64,000 bases of DNA from Malacoraja senta (lineage: Eukaryota), in NCBI GenBank assembly GCA_038087875.1, contig JAXLNO010000226.1, forward strand, positions 1 through 64,000, written 5' to 3'. Each line of letters begins with the position of its first letter. Positions within the stretch are counted from its first letter, which is position 1. This document shows, in pieces, positions 11,770 to 24,321 of the stretch. The translations under genes were made by a program, and so were the position numbers. The notes below the pieces were generated by a model, which searched no databases, was not told the DNA's origin, and worked only from the letters and a program-made list of their open reading frames with translations.

Positions 11770-12014
11770 TTAAGAGTGTGGAGCGATTGTAATGCAAGTT
11801 TGTAGATCGGCTTCTGTGGCTAGCACGTGAATAGTCGCCTGTGTTGGCTGCCATCATGGAAGCATCTAAACGTATTGATCCTCATCATTAAGTTTAGATG
11901 TGTGGATCACTGGCCCAGTTACCTGATCAATAGGCCACCACCATGTAGTCTGTGTATTGGAAAAATGCAGCTTGAAATGCAGAGTTGAATTATTTTCCGC
12001 ACACTGCGACTTAC

Positions 12015-12146
12015 ATGTGCAACGGCGGCATAGTAATAGATCTTCATCTGTATCAGCTTCTTCCAGTCTTTCTGGAATTTTCCTATCAGCGAAGCTGTCT
12101 CTGAGTTCTCCAGAGCACGGCAAGCCTCCTTATAATAGTCCACCAC
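12015..12146 (-). CDS. PTPN23: PTPN23 exon ~8
   Basis: VVDYYKEACRALENSETASLIGKFQKDWKKLIQMKIYYYAAVAH. CAG acceptor, GTAAGT donor, 132 nt. Confidence 0.97.
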
Positions 12147-12402
12147 CTGGCAAGACAGCACAGCGTGAATATCCACCAGCCTTCTCCCTAACTCGCTGCA
12201 TGTAAAATGAACGCTAAAATCCACCAAGCACAGCAGCTCAATAATGACAAGGTGATCACAATCAACGGGAGCGTTCTGGGACACATGGAGACCAATTCCA
12301 TCAATGTGATGATTGAATAGATGGACTCAGTTTGAATAGTTATCACCTCACGGTCACGGATTGAAGCAAAACGACATCAGTGGATCAGGAAGCGGGGTGG
12401 GG

Positions 12403-12416
12403 GTGTGTGTGTGTGC

Positions 12417-12455
<39 letters not shown>

Positions 12456-12780
12456 CGTGTGTGTGTGTGCGCGTGTGTGTGTGTATGTGTGTGTGTATGC
12501 GTGCGTGTGTGTGTATGTGTATGTGTATGTGTGTGAATGTGTGTGCGCGTGTTCGCGTGCGTGCGCACGAGTGCGTCTGTGAGTGTGTGTGAGTTTCTGT
12601 GAATGTGTGTGAGAGTTTCTGTGTGTGTGTCTGTGAGTGTTTGTGAGTTTCTGTGAGTGTGTCTGTGGCTGCGTGTGTATGTGCGAGTGCGAGTATGTGT
12701 GTGTGTGTCCGTGTGTGAGTGTATGTGTGTCTGAGTGTTTGTCCGTGAGTGTGTCTGTCTGAAGGTGTGTGTGTGTGAGC
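12403..12780. repeat. Degenerate (TG)n microsatellite
   Basis: Seen directly. Confidence 0.95.
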
Positions 12781-13253
12781 GTTCAGTTTAGTTTATTGTC
12801 ACGTGTACTGAGGTACAGTGAAAAGCTTTTGTTGTGTGCCAGCCAGACAGCGGAAAGACAACACATGATTACAATTGAACCATCTGCAGTGTACAGATAC
12901 ACGATAAAGGGAAAGAATGTGAATAACGTTTAGTGTGAGATATACAGCAAATAAAGATAGTCCAAGGCTCTCTAATTAGGTAGATATTAGTTCAGGACTG
13001 CTCCCTAGTTGGGGTAGGATGAATCAGTTGCCTGATAACAGCTGGGAAGAAACTGTCCCTCAATCTGGAGGTGGGTGTTTTTTTAAGTAAAAGCTTACAT
13101 TAATGTTTGGAGACACTAAGAACACCATACGCTACTTTACAAAAAAAGGCACAAAGTGCCCGAGTAAGTCAGCTGGTCAGGATCTGTGGAACATTTCTGT
13201 AACTCCAGCATCTCTGGAGAACACGGATAGGGTCTGGAAAAGAGTTTCCACTC

Positions 13254-13846
13254 AAAACGTCACCGATCCATGTTCTCCACAGATGCTGCCTGACCCGCTG
13301 AGTTACTCCAGCACTCTGTGAAACGTCACCTATCCATGTTCTCCACAGATGCTGCCTGACCCGCTGAGTTACTCCAGCACTCTGTGAAACGTCACCTATC
13401 CATGTTCACCACAGATGCTGCCTGACCCGCTGAGTTACTCCAGCACTCTGTGAAACGTCACCTATCCATGTTCTCCACAGATGCTGCCTGACCCGCTGAG
13501 TTACTCCAGCACTCTGTGAAACGTCACCTATCCATGTTCTCCACAGATGCTGCCTGACCCGCTGAGTTACTCCAGCACTCTGTGAAACGTCACCTATCCA
13601 TGTTCTCCACAGATGCTGCCTGACCCGCTGAGTTACTCCAGCACTCTGTGAAACGTCACCTATCCATGTTCTCCACAGATGCTGCCTGACCCGCTGAGTT
13701 ACTCCAGCACTCTGTGAAACGTCACCTATCCATGTTCTCCACAGATGCTGCCTGACCCGCTGAGTTACTCCAGCACTCTGTGAAACGTCACCTATCCATG
13801 TTCTCCACAGATGCTGCCTGACCCGCTGAGTTACTCCAGCACTCTG
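13254..13846 (+). repeat. 66-bp tandem repeat, 9 copies, derived from the Penelope terminal repeat
   Basis: Unit gaaacgtcacctatccatgttctccacagatgctgcctgacccgctgagttactccagcactctgt starts at 13254, 13320, 13386 ... 13782. Confidence 0.95.
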
Positions 13847-14036
13847 CGTCTTTTATTTACATTAATGTTTAATGGGTTAACGTTAAATAGGTCCGATCAA
13901 AAATATTCTGTGATCGAGATTAGAGATTTTCAGCTTTGATAGATATGGGAGAAGCAAGCAATGATTGAGGTAAGTGCACATGAGAATGGATTGAATGTTT
14001 CGAACAGGATTTTAATAGTGTACTTGTCACACTTAC

Positions 14037-14117
14037 CTGAGCACTTATTCTTGCTACTAGAAAACTTTTTCTATTGTCCAGCATAGATTTTTCCAACAGA
14101 CACTCCTGTGCTTGTCC
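14037..14117 (-). CDS. PTPN23: PTPN23 exon ~7
   Basis: GQAQECLLEKSMLDNRKSFLVARISAQ. TAG acceptor, GTAAGT donor, 81 nt. Confidence 0.97.
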
Positions 14118-15853
14118 CTAAATGCAAAGATAGCAGTCTGAGATTAAAAATAACTTTTAATATTAACTTTAAAAAATCTGCATGAGCATTTTATGAATTA
14201 GACAATAAACAATAGACAATAGATGCAGGAGTAGGCCATTCGGCCCTTCGAGTCAGCACCGCCATTCAATGTGATCATGGCTGATCATCCCCAATCAGTA
14301 CCCCGTTCCTGCCTTCTCCCCATATCCCCTGACTCCGCTGTCTTTAAGAGCCCTATCTAGCTCCCTCTTGAAAGAGAACCGGCCTCCACCGCCCTCTGAA
14401 GCAGAGAATTTCACAGACTCACAACTCTCTGTGTGAGAAAGTGTTTCCTCGTCTCCGTTCAAAATGGCTTACCACTTATTCTTAAAATTTAGAGATAGAG
14501 CCCTTTGGCCCACCGAACCCGCGCCGACCAGCGATCCCTGTATACTAGCACTATCCCCCACACAATAGGGACAATTTCCATTCTTTACCTAAGCTAATTA
14601 ACCTACAAACCCACACGTCTTTGAAGTGTGGGAGGAAACTGGAGCACCCAGGGAAAACCCACGCAGGTCACGGAGAGAACGTACAAACTCCGTACAGACA
14701 GCACCCGTAGTCGGCATCGAACCCGGGTCTCTGGTGCTGTGAGGCAGCAACTCTACCCGCTGGGCCACCTTGCCGCCCTTTTATCTATTTTTAATATCGT
14801 AACAAAAATAGATTCACTTAGTAGATTTTAATGCAGATGCTGTGAGTTTTAAGTGACATCATTTAAGAATGTGGACACAAGGAACTGCAGATGCTGGTTT
14901 ATTTTTTTTTAAGTCACAAAGTGCTGGAGTAACTCGGTGGATCAGGTAGCAGCATCTCTGGAGAACACGGATAGATGACGTTTGAGGTGCAGTCTGAAGA
15001 AGGGTCCCACATTCTCCAGAGATGCTGCCTGACTCTCTGAGTTACTCCAGCACTTTGTGTCTTTTTTTTCTCTTTCAAGTATGAACTGCAGCAAAGGATG
15101 CAAATCATTGCTTCTAACGGTACAAACCACCACCAAACTTGCTGCAAATAAATCCATCTGCTGTTCAGTTTTATTCGAGGCCAAGCTAGTCCAGGAAGCA
15201 GATCTTGATACAATGCTCTCCTGCCTCACCATCTCAGCAACTGTGAGGGTGTGCAAGTTTGCACAACCTCCAGGGGAAAAGATTTAAAAGGAATCTGAGG
15301 GGTAATTATTTCACCCAAAGGGTGGTGGCTGTATGGAACAAGCTGCCAGAGGAGGTAGTTGAGGCTGGGACTATCCCATCGTTTAAGAAACAGTTGGACA
15401 GGTACATGGATAGGACGGGTTTGGAGGGTTATGGACCAAGCGCAGGCAGGTGGGACTAGTGTAGCTGGGACATTGTTGGCTGGTGTGGGCGAGTTGGGTC
15501 GAATCCGATCACATTTATTTATTTTAAAATATATATATTTTTATTAAAAGCATTTGTACAAATAGTAATAAACGACAAATTGGTTAAAGAATTCTTACAT
15601 TGCTTCAATTTTTTTTTTAAAGAAAAGAAATAAAGAAAGTAAGATATAAGAGAAACCATAAACTAATAGGAAGAAAGAAAGGAGATTACAAATATAAAGA
15701 TTGTGGAGATAGATCCGGGAGATGTTGAGTCTAGTTGTTCATCCAACCCTAAACTCAAGTCGTGACTTTAATTTTGTGTTAAACCAGTTTACTTTTTTAA
15801 AAATTCAATAAATGGAGACCATATGGTCAGATCACTTATGAAGGTGAACTCAC

Positions 15854-15985
15854 CAGCATGAGGTTGATGTTGAGGTTGAGGATCTGGTGGCTCATGTCGA
15901 CGCTGAACGAGTGACTGAAGTGATCACACAAGTAGGTAAAAGCTCCCGCCGAACACTGGAAATGCGTACAGGAAACCTTCATGCC
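15854..15985 (-). CDS. PTPN23: PTPN23 exon ~6
   Basis: GMKVSCTHFQCSAGAFTYLCDHFSHSFSVDMSHQILNLNINLML. CAG acceptor, GTGAGT donor, 132 nt. Confidence 0.97.
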
Positions 15986-16274
15986 CTGTAAATGGCCAGC
16001 GGAAAATCAATCATTGTATGTGGCGTCCACCGTCAACTGGACTCTGACAACTTCCATTCATTTTCCACACACACACACTACATTTACTTGTGCCCAAGGA
16101 GAGCATCACTGTCCCAGTCCCTGCACTGCTCTCAAATTCCAATTAGAACGGGCAACCTTTTAAACAGATTTTGACCTTTGAAATTGGGCGTACTTTCTAA
16201 TTTCTTATCGTCAATAACAATACGTTCTCAAAACATTAATATACAAATGCAATAACACTAATAAATCTACCAAG

Positions 16275-16997
16275 GGCAATGATGGTCCAATTCTACACGG
16301 CCATTGTAGAGTCTGTCCTCACCTTCTCCATCATGGTCTGGTTTGGCTCAGCCACCAAGCACGACATCCGGAGACTGCAGCGAATCGTCCGATCACAATA
16401 GACAATAGACAATAGGTGCAGGAGTAGGCCATTCGGCCCTTCGAGCCAGCACCGCAATTCGATGTGATCATGGCTGATCATCCCCAATCAGTACCCCGTT
16501 CCTGCCTTCTCCCCATATCCCCTGACTCCGCTATTTTTAAGAGCCCTATCTAGCTCTCTCTTGAAAGCAGCTCGATCAGCTGAGAAGGTTATTGGCTGCA
16601 ACCTTCCCTCCACTGACGAACTGTACACTGCAAGGGCCAGTAAGCGAGCGGTAAGATCATCTCTGACCCCTTTCACCCTGGCCACAAAATCTTCGAAGCA
16701 CTTCCCTCTGGAAGGCGACTCCGGACTGTCAAAGCTGCCACAGCCAGACTTAAAACAGCTTTTTCCCCACGAGTATTAGCTCTACTCAATAACCAAAAAT
16801 CTGTAGCCTCCATTTGCTCTGGTATTTTAATTTCATTCACATGTTTAATCAATAATGATTATTAATGTTTTAATGTTTTATTCTTAATTGTTTACTGTAT
16901 GTGGTATGTCTCTTGCAGGCGGAGCACCAAGGCAAATTCCTTGTATGTGAATACTTGGCCAATAAACTTATTCATTCATTCATTCATTCATTCATTC
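16275..16997 (+). mobile_element. Rex1/Babar-like LINE 3' fragment with nested minus-strand CR1 tail (~16397-16568)
   Basis: FYTAIVESVLTFSIMVWFGSAT... / AEKVIGCNLPS...ELYTARA; (TTCA)n tail near 16970-16997. Confidence 0.7.
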
Positions 16998-17154
16998 AAT
17001 ACAAGTAAAGCTACATGCTATGTAATCCTTTGTTTAAGTTTCAATATCAAGAACCTTGCAGTGTGCGTCAAGGATCACCCACCCAAAACATTGGGGCACG
17101 TCAATGAATACCGATCTGGAACACTGATGTGCATCAATGAATGCCTAAAGATTG

Positions 17155-18231
17155 TTGTGCTGCACCGTCGGAACCTCACTACCAGCGCACGCTGCCCTCA
17201 GGACGGCTGCTATGGAGAGGAGACGGTCACCCACCTCTTTGCAGAGTGTGGATTTGCAAAGAAAGTCTGGAGCGGAAAAGATTGCAGAAAGTTGTGACCA
17301 CTGCCCAGTCCATCATCCCCATCATCGAAGGGATCTATCGCAGTCGCTGCCTCAAAAAGGCAGCCAACATCATCAAAGACCCACATCCTGGCCACACACT
17401 CATCTCTCCATTGCTATCGGGAAGAAGGTACAGGAGCCTGAAATCTGGAACATCCAGGTTCAGGAACAGTTCTTCCCACAGCCATCAGGCTATTAAACTT
17501 GACATCAAACAAGCTCTGAACAATAACAGTCTATTGCACTTTATCTGTTTATTTATGTATATATATATATGGTCTATAGACACACTGAACTTTTATCTCC
17601 TGTTCTGTATTATGTTTACATATTCTGTTGTGCTGCAGCAAGCAAGAATTTCATTGTCCTATCTGGGACACATGACAATAAAACTCTCTTGACTCTTGAG
17701 AGGTTTGCAAGGGTCTCTGTTACGATTTATTCCGGACAGCTCCGTCACAGAGGACCGTTCCCAGGGACACATTCAGAGACTGACATCGAGTGCTGCTGGA
17801 AGGTCATCAACTCGGTGAAAGACGCTCTTTGGTCTGCCCGAGCTTTGTTGACCACCCAGTCGAGCTAGATGTCCGTCGAGGAATGTTGCCGACTGGCCCG
17901 CTGCGGGCTGCAGGAGTACGTGCTGAGGGACGCACTGAAGCTCGGTGCAGCCAACGCAAAGGCTCCGTGGGGGAGGACCACAGTCTAGGGTCCTTCCGCT
18001 GCTGGACATGAGGTGGGCAGGGTGTGGTGGAGATACCCCTCAAAATAAGGGAAGGGATTCCACGCCGGTGGGCCACATGAGTGGCAAGGGTGGGGGACGG
18101 ATCTGTGTAATTTATGTAAACTGTATTGAATGTATGTATAGCCTCTGAGAATGTTGGATAGGGTCTTGTGAGGATCATGTATTGGATATATTTATTTCTC
18201 GAATCAAGTCTATTTTGAAATTTAAAAAAAA
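17155..18231 (+). mobile_element. L1/Tx1-clade LINE 3' end, interrupted by a Rex1-like fragment (~17272-17697)
   Basis: Zinc-knuckle motif RCPQDGCYGEETVTHLFAEC...KVW, then ECCWKVINSVKDALWSAR...WGRTTV*, and an A-rich tail near 18224-18231. Confidence 0.7.
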
Positions 18232-18328
18232 ACTTTGTCATACTGCAGCGTCCACATCTGCAGTGAGCCTAAAAGACAGAATCTTTACGACTAGTCTGTT
18301 TCACAATTCATGGTTTGTAACCCCCTAC

Positions 18329-18378
18329 CTCCTCAGTCACTCTGTTATCCACGGCTCCAAGCATCGAGTGAAGGGCTC
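18329..18378 (-). CDS. PTPN23: PTPN23 exon ~5
   Basis: GALHSMLGAVDNRVTEE. CAG acceptor, GTAGGG donor, 50 nt. Confidence 0.95.
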
Positions 18379-19442
18379 CTGGAAGCAAAATAAAACATAA
18401 CCAGTTCAGTATCTTAGGTAGACAAAAATGCTGGAGAAACTCAGTGGGTGAGGCAGCATCTATGGAGCGAAGGAATAGGTGCTGTTTCGGGTCGAGACCC
18501 TTCTTCAGACTGATGTGGGGGTGGGGGGGGTGCGGGAAGAAGAAAGGAAGAGGCGGAGACGGGGCTGTGGGAGAGTTGGGAAGGGGAGGGGAAAGAGGGA
18601 GAAAGCAAGGACTACCTGAAATTGGAGAAGTCAATGTTCATACAAATTGGAGAAATCAATGTTCATACAATGTTCATATGAACATTGACCACCTTCGATT
18701 TTTCCAGCATCTGCAGTTCCTTCTTAAACAGTTCGGTATCTTAGTCATTCACAACCCTGTCCCTGATGTAATTATACTAGCTGAGTATTAAATTAGATTG
18801 GCGCCCAGTTGGGCGAGCCACTGCCTCACAACACCAGAGACTCAGTTTCCATCCTCACCTTGGGTGCTGTCTAGGATTGGACTTTATACATTTTCCCCAC
18901 GACCACATGTGTGCTCCGGTTTCGTAAGGTTTTCAGGAATAGGAGTAGAATTGGGCCATTCAGCCCATCAATTCTACTCCGCCATTCAATCATGGCTGAT
19001 CTATCTCTCCCTCCTAACCCCATTCTCCAGCCTTCTCCCCATAACCCCAGACACCTGCACTAATCAAGTATCTATCCATCTCTGCCTTAAAAATTTCCGC
19101 TGACTTGGTCCCTACAGCCTTCTGTGGCAAAGAATTCCACAGATTCACCACCCAGTTTTCTCCCACATCCCAAAGACGTGCAGGTTTGTAGGTTAATCGG
19201 CCGTCTGTAAATTGCCACTAGTGTGTATGGAGTGGATGAGAAAATGGGATAACATAGAACTAGTGTGAACGGGTGATCGATGGTAACATTTTTACATATT
19301 CAGGTAGAGATTTTTCCCGTGGAGTCCAAAATCACCTTATCTGAAAATGTCATGCTTTATTTCTCGAGTTATTAATGAAAATGTTCAAAAATCTGACAAA
19401 ACTTTGAAATGAATAATATTAATATAATATCAAGGGTGGTTA

Positions 19443-19457
19443 GTGTGTGTGTGTCGG

Positions 19458-19529
<72 letters not shown>

Positions 19530-19552
19530 GTGTGTGGGGGGGAAAGGGGTGG

Positions 19553-19590
<38 letters not shown>

Positions 19591-19650
19591 GGGGGGGTGT
19601 GTGTGTGTGGGGGGGGGGGTGTGTGGGGGGGGGTGGGGTGGTTAGTGTTT
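19443..19650. repeat. (TG)n / G-run microsatellite
   Basis: Seen directly. Confidence 0.9.
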
Positions 19651-20311
19651 GTGTGACGCCGCAGGCCGCCCCCCTGCAACCGCGCGTTGAGGGGACGGGG
19701 ACCCAACGGGTCCCACTTGGGCTAGTTTATTTTAAAATGGAGCATTCAGAAAAAAAAAAAATCAGTGCAGAAAGGTTAAATATGGCAAGTTCATGCTTAC
19801 CATTTAGACTTTACTTTAGACTTGAGATACAGCGTGGAAACCGTCCCACCAAGTCCACGCCGGCCAGCGGTCACCCCGTACACTAACACTATCCTACACA
19901 TACTAGGGACAATTAACAATGTACAGAAGCCAATTAACCTACAAACCTGTACGTTTTTGGAGTGTGGGAGGAAACCGGATCACCTGGAGAAAACCCACGC
20001 GGTCACGGGGAGAACGTACAAACTCTGTACAGACAGCACCCGTAGTCAGGATCGGAGCCGGTTCTCCAGTGCTGTAACTCTACCGCTGCGCCACCCACTA
20101 ATTGACCTACATCCTGCCGTACACTTGGACAGCCTTGGTAAATTCTCTTCCGAAAGGGATGACGCCACAGTGAGGAATGTTGCTTGATCACATCTAACAG
20201 CCAGATTATATTACCTTGCACCTAGTTTATCTGCTGGAATGCACCATGCGTAACACCTCCTAAACACAAGATGATTCAAAAGAAAACTTTACAATCAACA
20301 TTGCGAGTCAA

Positions 20312-20588
20312 GGGTGGTGCAGCGGTAGAGTTACTGCCTCACAGCGCCAGAGACCCGGGTGCAATCCTGACTACGGGTGCTGTCTGTGCGGAGTTGGCAC
20401 GTTCTCCCCATAACCACTTGGGTTTTCTCCAAGATCTTTGGTTTCCTCCCACATTCCAAAGACGTACAGGTTTGTAGGTTAATTGGCTTGGTATAAGTGT
20501 AAATTGTCCCTAGTGTGTGTAGGATAGTGTTAGTGGGCTGGGATCGCTGGTCGGTGCGGATTCGGTGGGCCGAAGGGCCTTTCTCTAA
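20312..20588 (+). mobile_element. tRNA-derived SINE (HE1/V-SINE-like), near full length
   Basis: ggtggtgcagcggtagagttactgcctcacagcgccagagacccgggtgcaatcc...gtgggccgaagggcct; the tail is shared with CR1-type LINE 3' ends. Confidence 0.8.
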
Positions 20589-20711
20589 ACCAGGGGTTGG
20601 CAACCTTGTTCTGCATAGGGGCCGGGACATATGTCTGTAAGTGGATGGCGGGCTACATCTATCACGTGTTCACATAGAACTCGCCCCTTCAAGGATGCCA
20701 CCTGGAGCACT

Positions 20712-20925
20712 GGCCCCTAGTTACGGGCGCTCACCATCATGGCGTCCCTAGTTACGGCGCTCACCAACGGCGTCCCGTTACGGGTGCTCACCAACATGGC
20801 GGCCCTAGTTACGTGCGCTCACCAATATGGCGTCCCTAGTTACGGGCGCTCACCAATATGGTGTCCCTAGTTACGGGCGCTCACCAACATGGCGTCCCTA
20901 GTTACGGGTGCTTACCAACATGGCG
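20712..20925. repeat. ~31-bp minisatellite, ~7 copies
   Basis: Unit catggcgtccctagttacgggcgctcaccaa with small indels. Confidence 0.9.
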
Positions 20926-21481
20926 CACCTACGGACCATTGCCCTGGCTCTGTCCTGAAGGCGGTGGCTCAAATACTCACACTCACTCGTCCCCGGCCTA
21001 TTGACAACCCCGATCCCGACAGTGAAGCCCAGACACAGAAGGCGCGCGGCCGTGCCGGCAGCTTTGCGCAGGATGCGGTACAGCGAGAGCTCGCCGCTCG
21101 GCTGCGCTCCGCCATTGCGGCCGCCAGCGCAGGCCTCCTTGCGGCCGAACGGCCTACTCCTGCATCTATTGTCTATTAACCTGCGTGGGTTTCTCCAAGA
21201 TTTTCGGTTTCCTCCCACCCTCCAAAGATGTACAGGTATGTAGGTTAATTAGCTTGGTGTAAGTGTAAATTGTCGCTGGTGCGTGTTGGATATTGTTGGC
21301 GTGCTAGAATAACAGAGGGGGAGAAGCTGATCCCGAGTCTGGTGGTGCGCACTTTCAAGCTTCTGTACCTTCTGTCGGATGGGAGAGTGCGCTGGTCGGT
21401 GCAGACCCGATGTTCCGCGCGGTACCTCTAAAACTAAACTAAATCGCTGTGCAAAATCTTTCCAGTACAGTGGCTACTTAC

Positions 21482-21558
21482 CTAGATTATAGAGAATGCA
21501 GGCCTGTTCATAGCAAATCTCATCCACGGTTACAGCTTTGCCAGAAAAGATCTCAGTC
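21482..21558 (-). CDS. PTPN23: PTPN23 exon ~4
   Basis: TEIFSGKAVTVDEICYEQACILYNLG. CAG acceptor, GTAAGT donor, 77 nt. Confidence 0.96.
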
Positions 21559-23000
21559 CTGTAATTTCACAAGCACATCAGGATGTCAGTACCTATACTT
21601 ACTCTGCTACATTGCAAACTTGGGCAGCAACAAAGACCTGGACAGAACACAAAGCGCACAAACAGTGCAGGAAATATCAAATATTAGAGGACACAGCTTT
21701 AAGATGAGAGGGTCAAAGTTTAAACAAGATGTGCAGGGGCAAGTTCTTTATTTTTTACACACATGCACACACAGATGGACACAGACACACACGCACATAC
21801 ATGCACGGACACAGGCACACACCTACACACACGCACACACAGACACAAACAGGGTGGTGGGTAACTGGAACATGCTGCCAGGGGTGGTGGTGGAGGTAGA
21901 TATGATAGTGGCGTTTAAGAGACCTTTAAACAGGCACATGGGAATAGAGGGATTATGGATCATGCGCAAGCAGATGAGATTAGTTTAACTTGGGATCATG
22001 TTTGGCACGGATATTGTGGGCCGAAGGGCCTGTTCAAAGGTCAAAGGTTCTTTATTAGTTACATACACCAATTGGTGTAGTGAAATGCATATTGCCATTG
22101 CAGCACATAAAAAAAGAATACAAACATAACAATAATAAAGAAATGTAAACATAAAAAACACCCCCCCACAATGGTTCCCATTATGAGTGAAGGCTCATTA
22201 TGTTCCTGTGCTGTACTGTCGTATCGATACGATAGAACTTCTATTGAACCCAGGAGGGAAATAGACAATAGGTGCAGGAGTAGGCCATTCGGCCCTTCGA
22301 GCCAACACCGCCATTCAATGTGATCATGGCTGATCATCCCCAATCAGTACCCCGTTCCTGCCTTCTCTCCATATCCCCTGACTCCGCTATCTTTAAGAGC
22401 CCTTATAGCTCTCTCTTGAAAGTATCCAGAGAACCTGCCTCCACCGCCCTCTGAGGCAGAGAATTCCACAGACTCACAACTCTCTGTGTGAAAAAGTGTT
22501 TCCTCACCTCCGTTCTAAATGGCTTACCCCTTATTCTTAAACTGTGGTCCCTGGTTCTGGACTCCCCCAACATCGGGAACACGTCTCCTGCCTCTAGCGT
22601 GTCCAAGCCCTTAACAATCTTATATGTTTCAAGTGACCGTCCTCTGGAGAGAAGGAATGAGTAACGTTTCGTTGTCTGAAGAAGGGTCTCGACCTGCAAC
22701 GTCACCCATTCCTTCCCTCCAGAGATGTTGCCTGTCCCGCCCGCCGAGTTCCTCTGGCATTTTATCTTCGCCCTTGCAGTTTAGTTTATTGTCACGTGTA
22801 CCGTGTGAAAAAGTGTTTTCTCATCTCCATTCTAATTGGTTTAAAACACCCCTTATTGTTAAATAGATCGGCCAACAGTCATAAAACACAAGGTAAATGA
22901 AACATGAAATTAAAGTGACGAGTGGAAAGGATTGGGGATGTGGGGGGGGGGGGAACAAAACAAAAACAAAAACCCAGCACTGGGCAAAGCTTGTTCTCAC

Positions 23001-23128
23001 CATGTAACTGGGACCGCTGCCTCCTCTCCTGATCCCATGGGGACACGACTCTGCAGATAGTGAAGCTGGCCAAAGTACTTCCTCAGCGTGCTGCATCCTT
23101 CAAAGTCTCTCGTTACGTTGACAGCGCT
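23001..23128 (-). CDS. PTPN23: PTPN23 exon ~3
   Basis: SAVNVTRDFEGCSTLRKYFGQLHYLQSRVPMGSGEEAAVPVTW. CAG acceptor, GTGAGA donor, 128 nt. Confidence 0.97.
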
Positions 23129-23239
23129 CTGTAACGCAATCATAAAACGGCCGCGTTTAACACACGCCAAATCAGGACAGACCTACAAATGCTTTCACAT
23201 TCCATTTCTTTTACCTCAAGAGTCTCCTTGAAATGTCAA

Positions 23240-23980
23240 ATCAAGATTCAAGATTCAAGAGAGTATATTGTCATGTGTCCCAGATAGGACAATGAAATTC
23301 TTGCTTTGCTTCAGCACAACAGATCATAGTAGGCATTGACTACAAAACAGATCAGTGTGTCCATATACCATTGTATAAATATATACACACATGAATAAAT
23401 AAACTGATAAAGTGCAAATAAACAGATAATGGGCTATTAATGTTCAGCGTTTTGTCCGAGCCAGGTTTAATAGGCTGATGGCTGTGGGGAAGTAGCTATT
23501 CCTGAACCTGGTCGTTGCAGTCTTCAGGCTCCTGTACCTTCTACCTGAAGGTAGTAGGGAGATGAGTGTGTGGCCAGGATGGTGTGGGTCCTTGATGATG
23601 CTGCCAGCCTTTTTGAGGCAGCGACTGCGAAAGATCCCCTCGATGGAAGGGAGGTCAGAGCCGATGATGGACTGGGCAGTGTTTACCGCTCCAGGGCGCT
23701 CAAGTTGCCGAACCAAGCCACGATGCAACCGGTCAGCATGCTCTCTACTGTGCACCTGTAGAAGTTAGAGAGAGTCCTCCTTGACAAACCGACTCTCCGT
23801 AATCTTCTCAGGAAGTAGAGGCGCTGATGTGCTTTCTTTATAATTGCATCCGTGTGCTCGGACCAGGAAAGATCTTCAGAGAAGTGCAGGCCCAGGAATT
23901 TGAAGCTCTTGACCCTTTCAACCATCGACCCGTTGATATAAACGGGACTGTGGGTCCCCATCCTACTCCTTCCAAAGTCT
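23240..23980 (-). mobile_element. Rex1/Babar-clade LINE RT C-terminal fragment
   Basis: PVYINGSMVERVKSFKFLG...LSWSEHTDAIIKKAHQRLYFLRRL...FYRCTVESMLTGCIVAWFG; (CTTGAAT)n-type tail. Confidence 0.85.
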
Positions 23981-24246
23981 ACGTGGTAAGAAGTACAAGC
24001 TGGAGGCAAGCTTGTAAACTCATGAAAATCAGCAGCAAATGGCATTTTCTCATCCTTCGCTCCATAGATGCTGCCTCACCCGCTGAGTTTCTCCAGCAGT
24101 TTTGTCTACCGAAGATTTGACATCCCACTTATAAGCAGAGCAAACAGAACTGCACATAATGTTCCAAATGCGGTCCATAGATGCTGCCTCACCAGCTGAG
24201 TTTCTCCAGCATTTTTGTCCACCAAAGACAATTGTTAGGCACCCAC

Positions 24247-24321
24247 CTGTCTGAGCTGATCGAGTTTCCTCAGTTCTTCGCTGTAGTTGTCTGGATTTTC
24301 ACCATAGTGCTTCAAAATGTA
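24247..24321 (-). CDS. PTPN23: PTPN23 exon ~2 (exon 1 not found in the window)
   Basis: YILKHYGENPDNYSEELRKLDQLRQ. CAG acceptor, GTGGGT donor, 75 nt. Confidence 0.94.

Noticed and set aside
11923..11949. Possible 27-nt micro-exon (ag…gtaact) just downstream of PTPN23 exon 8
   Set aside because: It would need a ~65-nt intron and encodes TTWWWPIDQ, which has no counterpart in the Bro1 domain; exon 8 joins exon 9 cleanly.
13254..13846. Possible CRISPR array
   Set aside because: Units are identical head-to-tail with no unique spacers, the context is eukaryotic and there are no cas genes.
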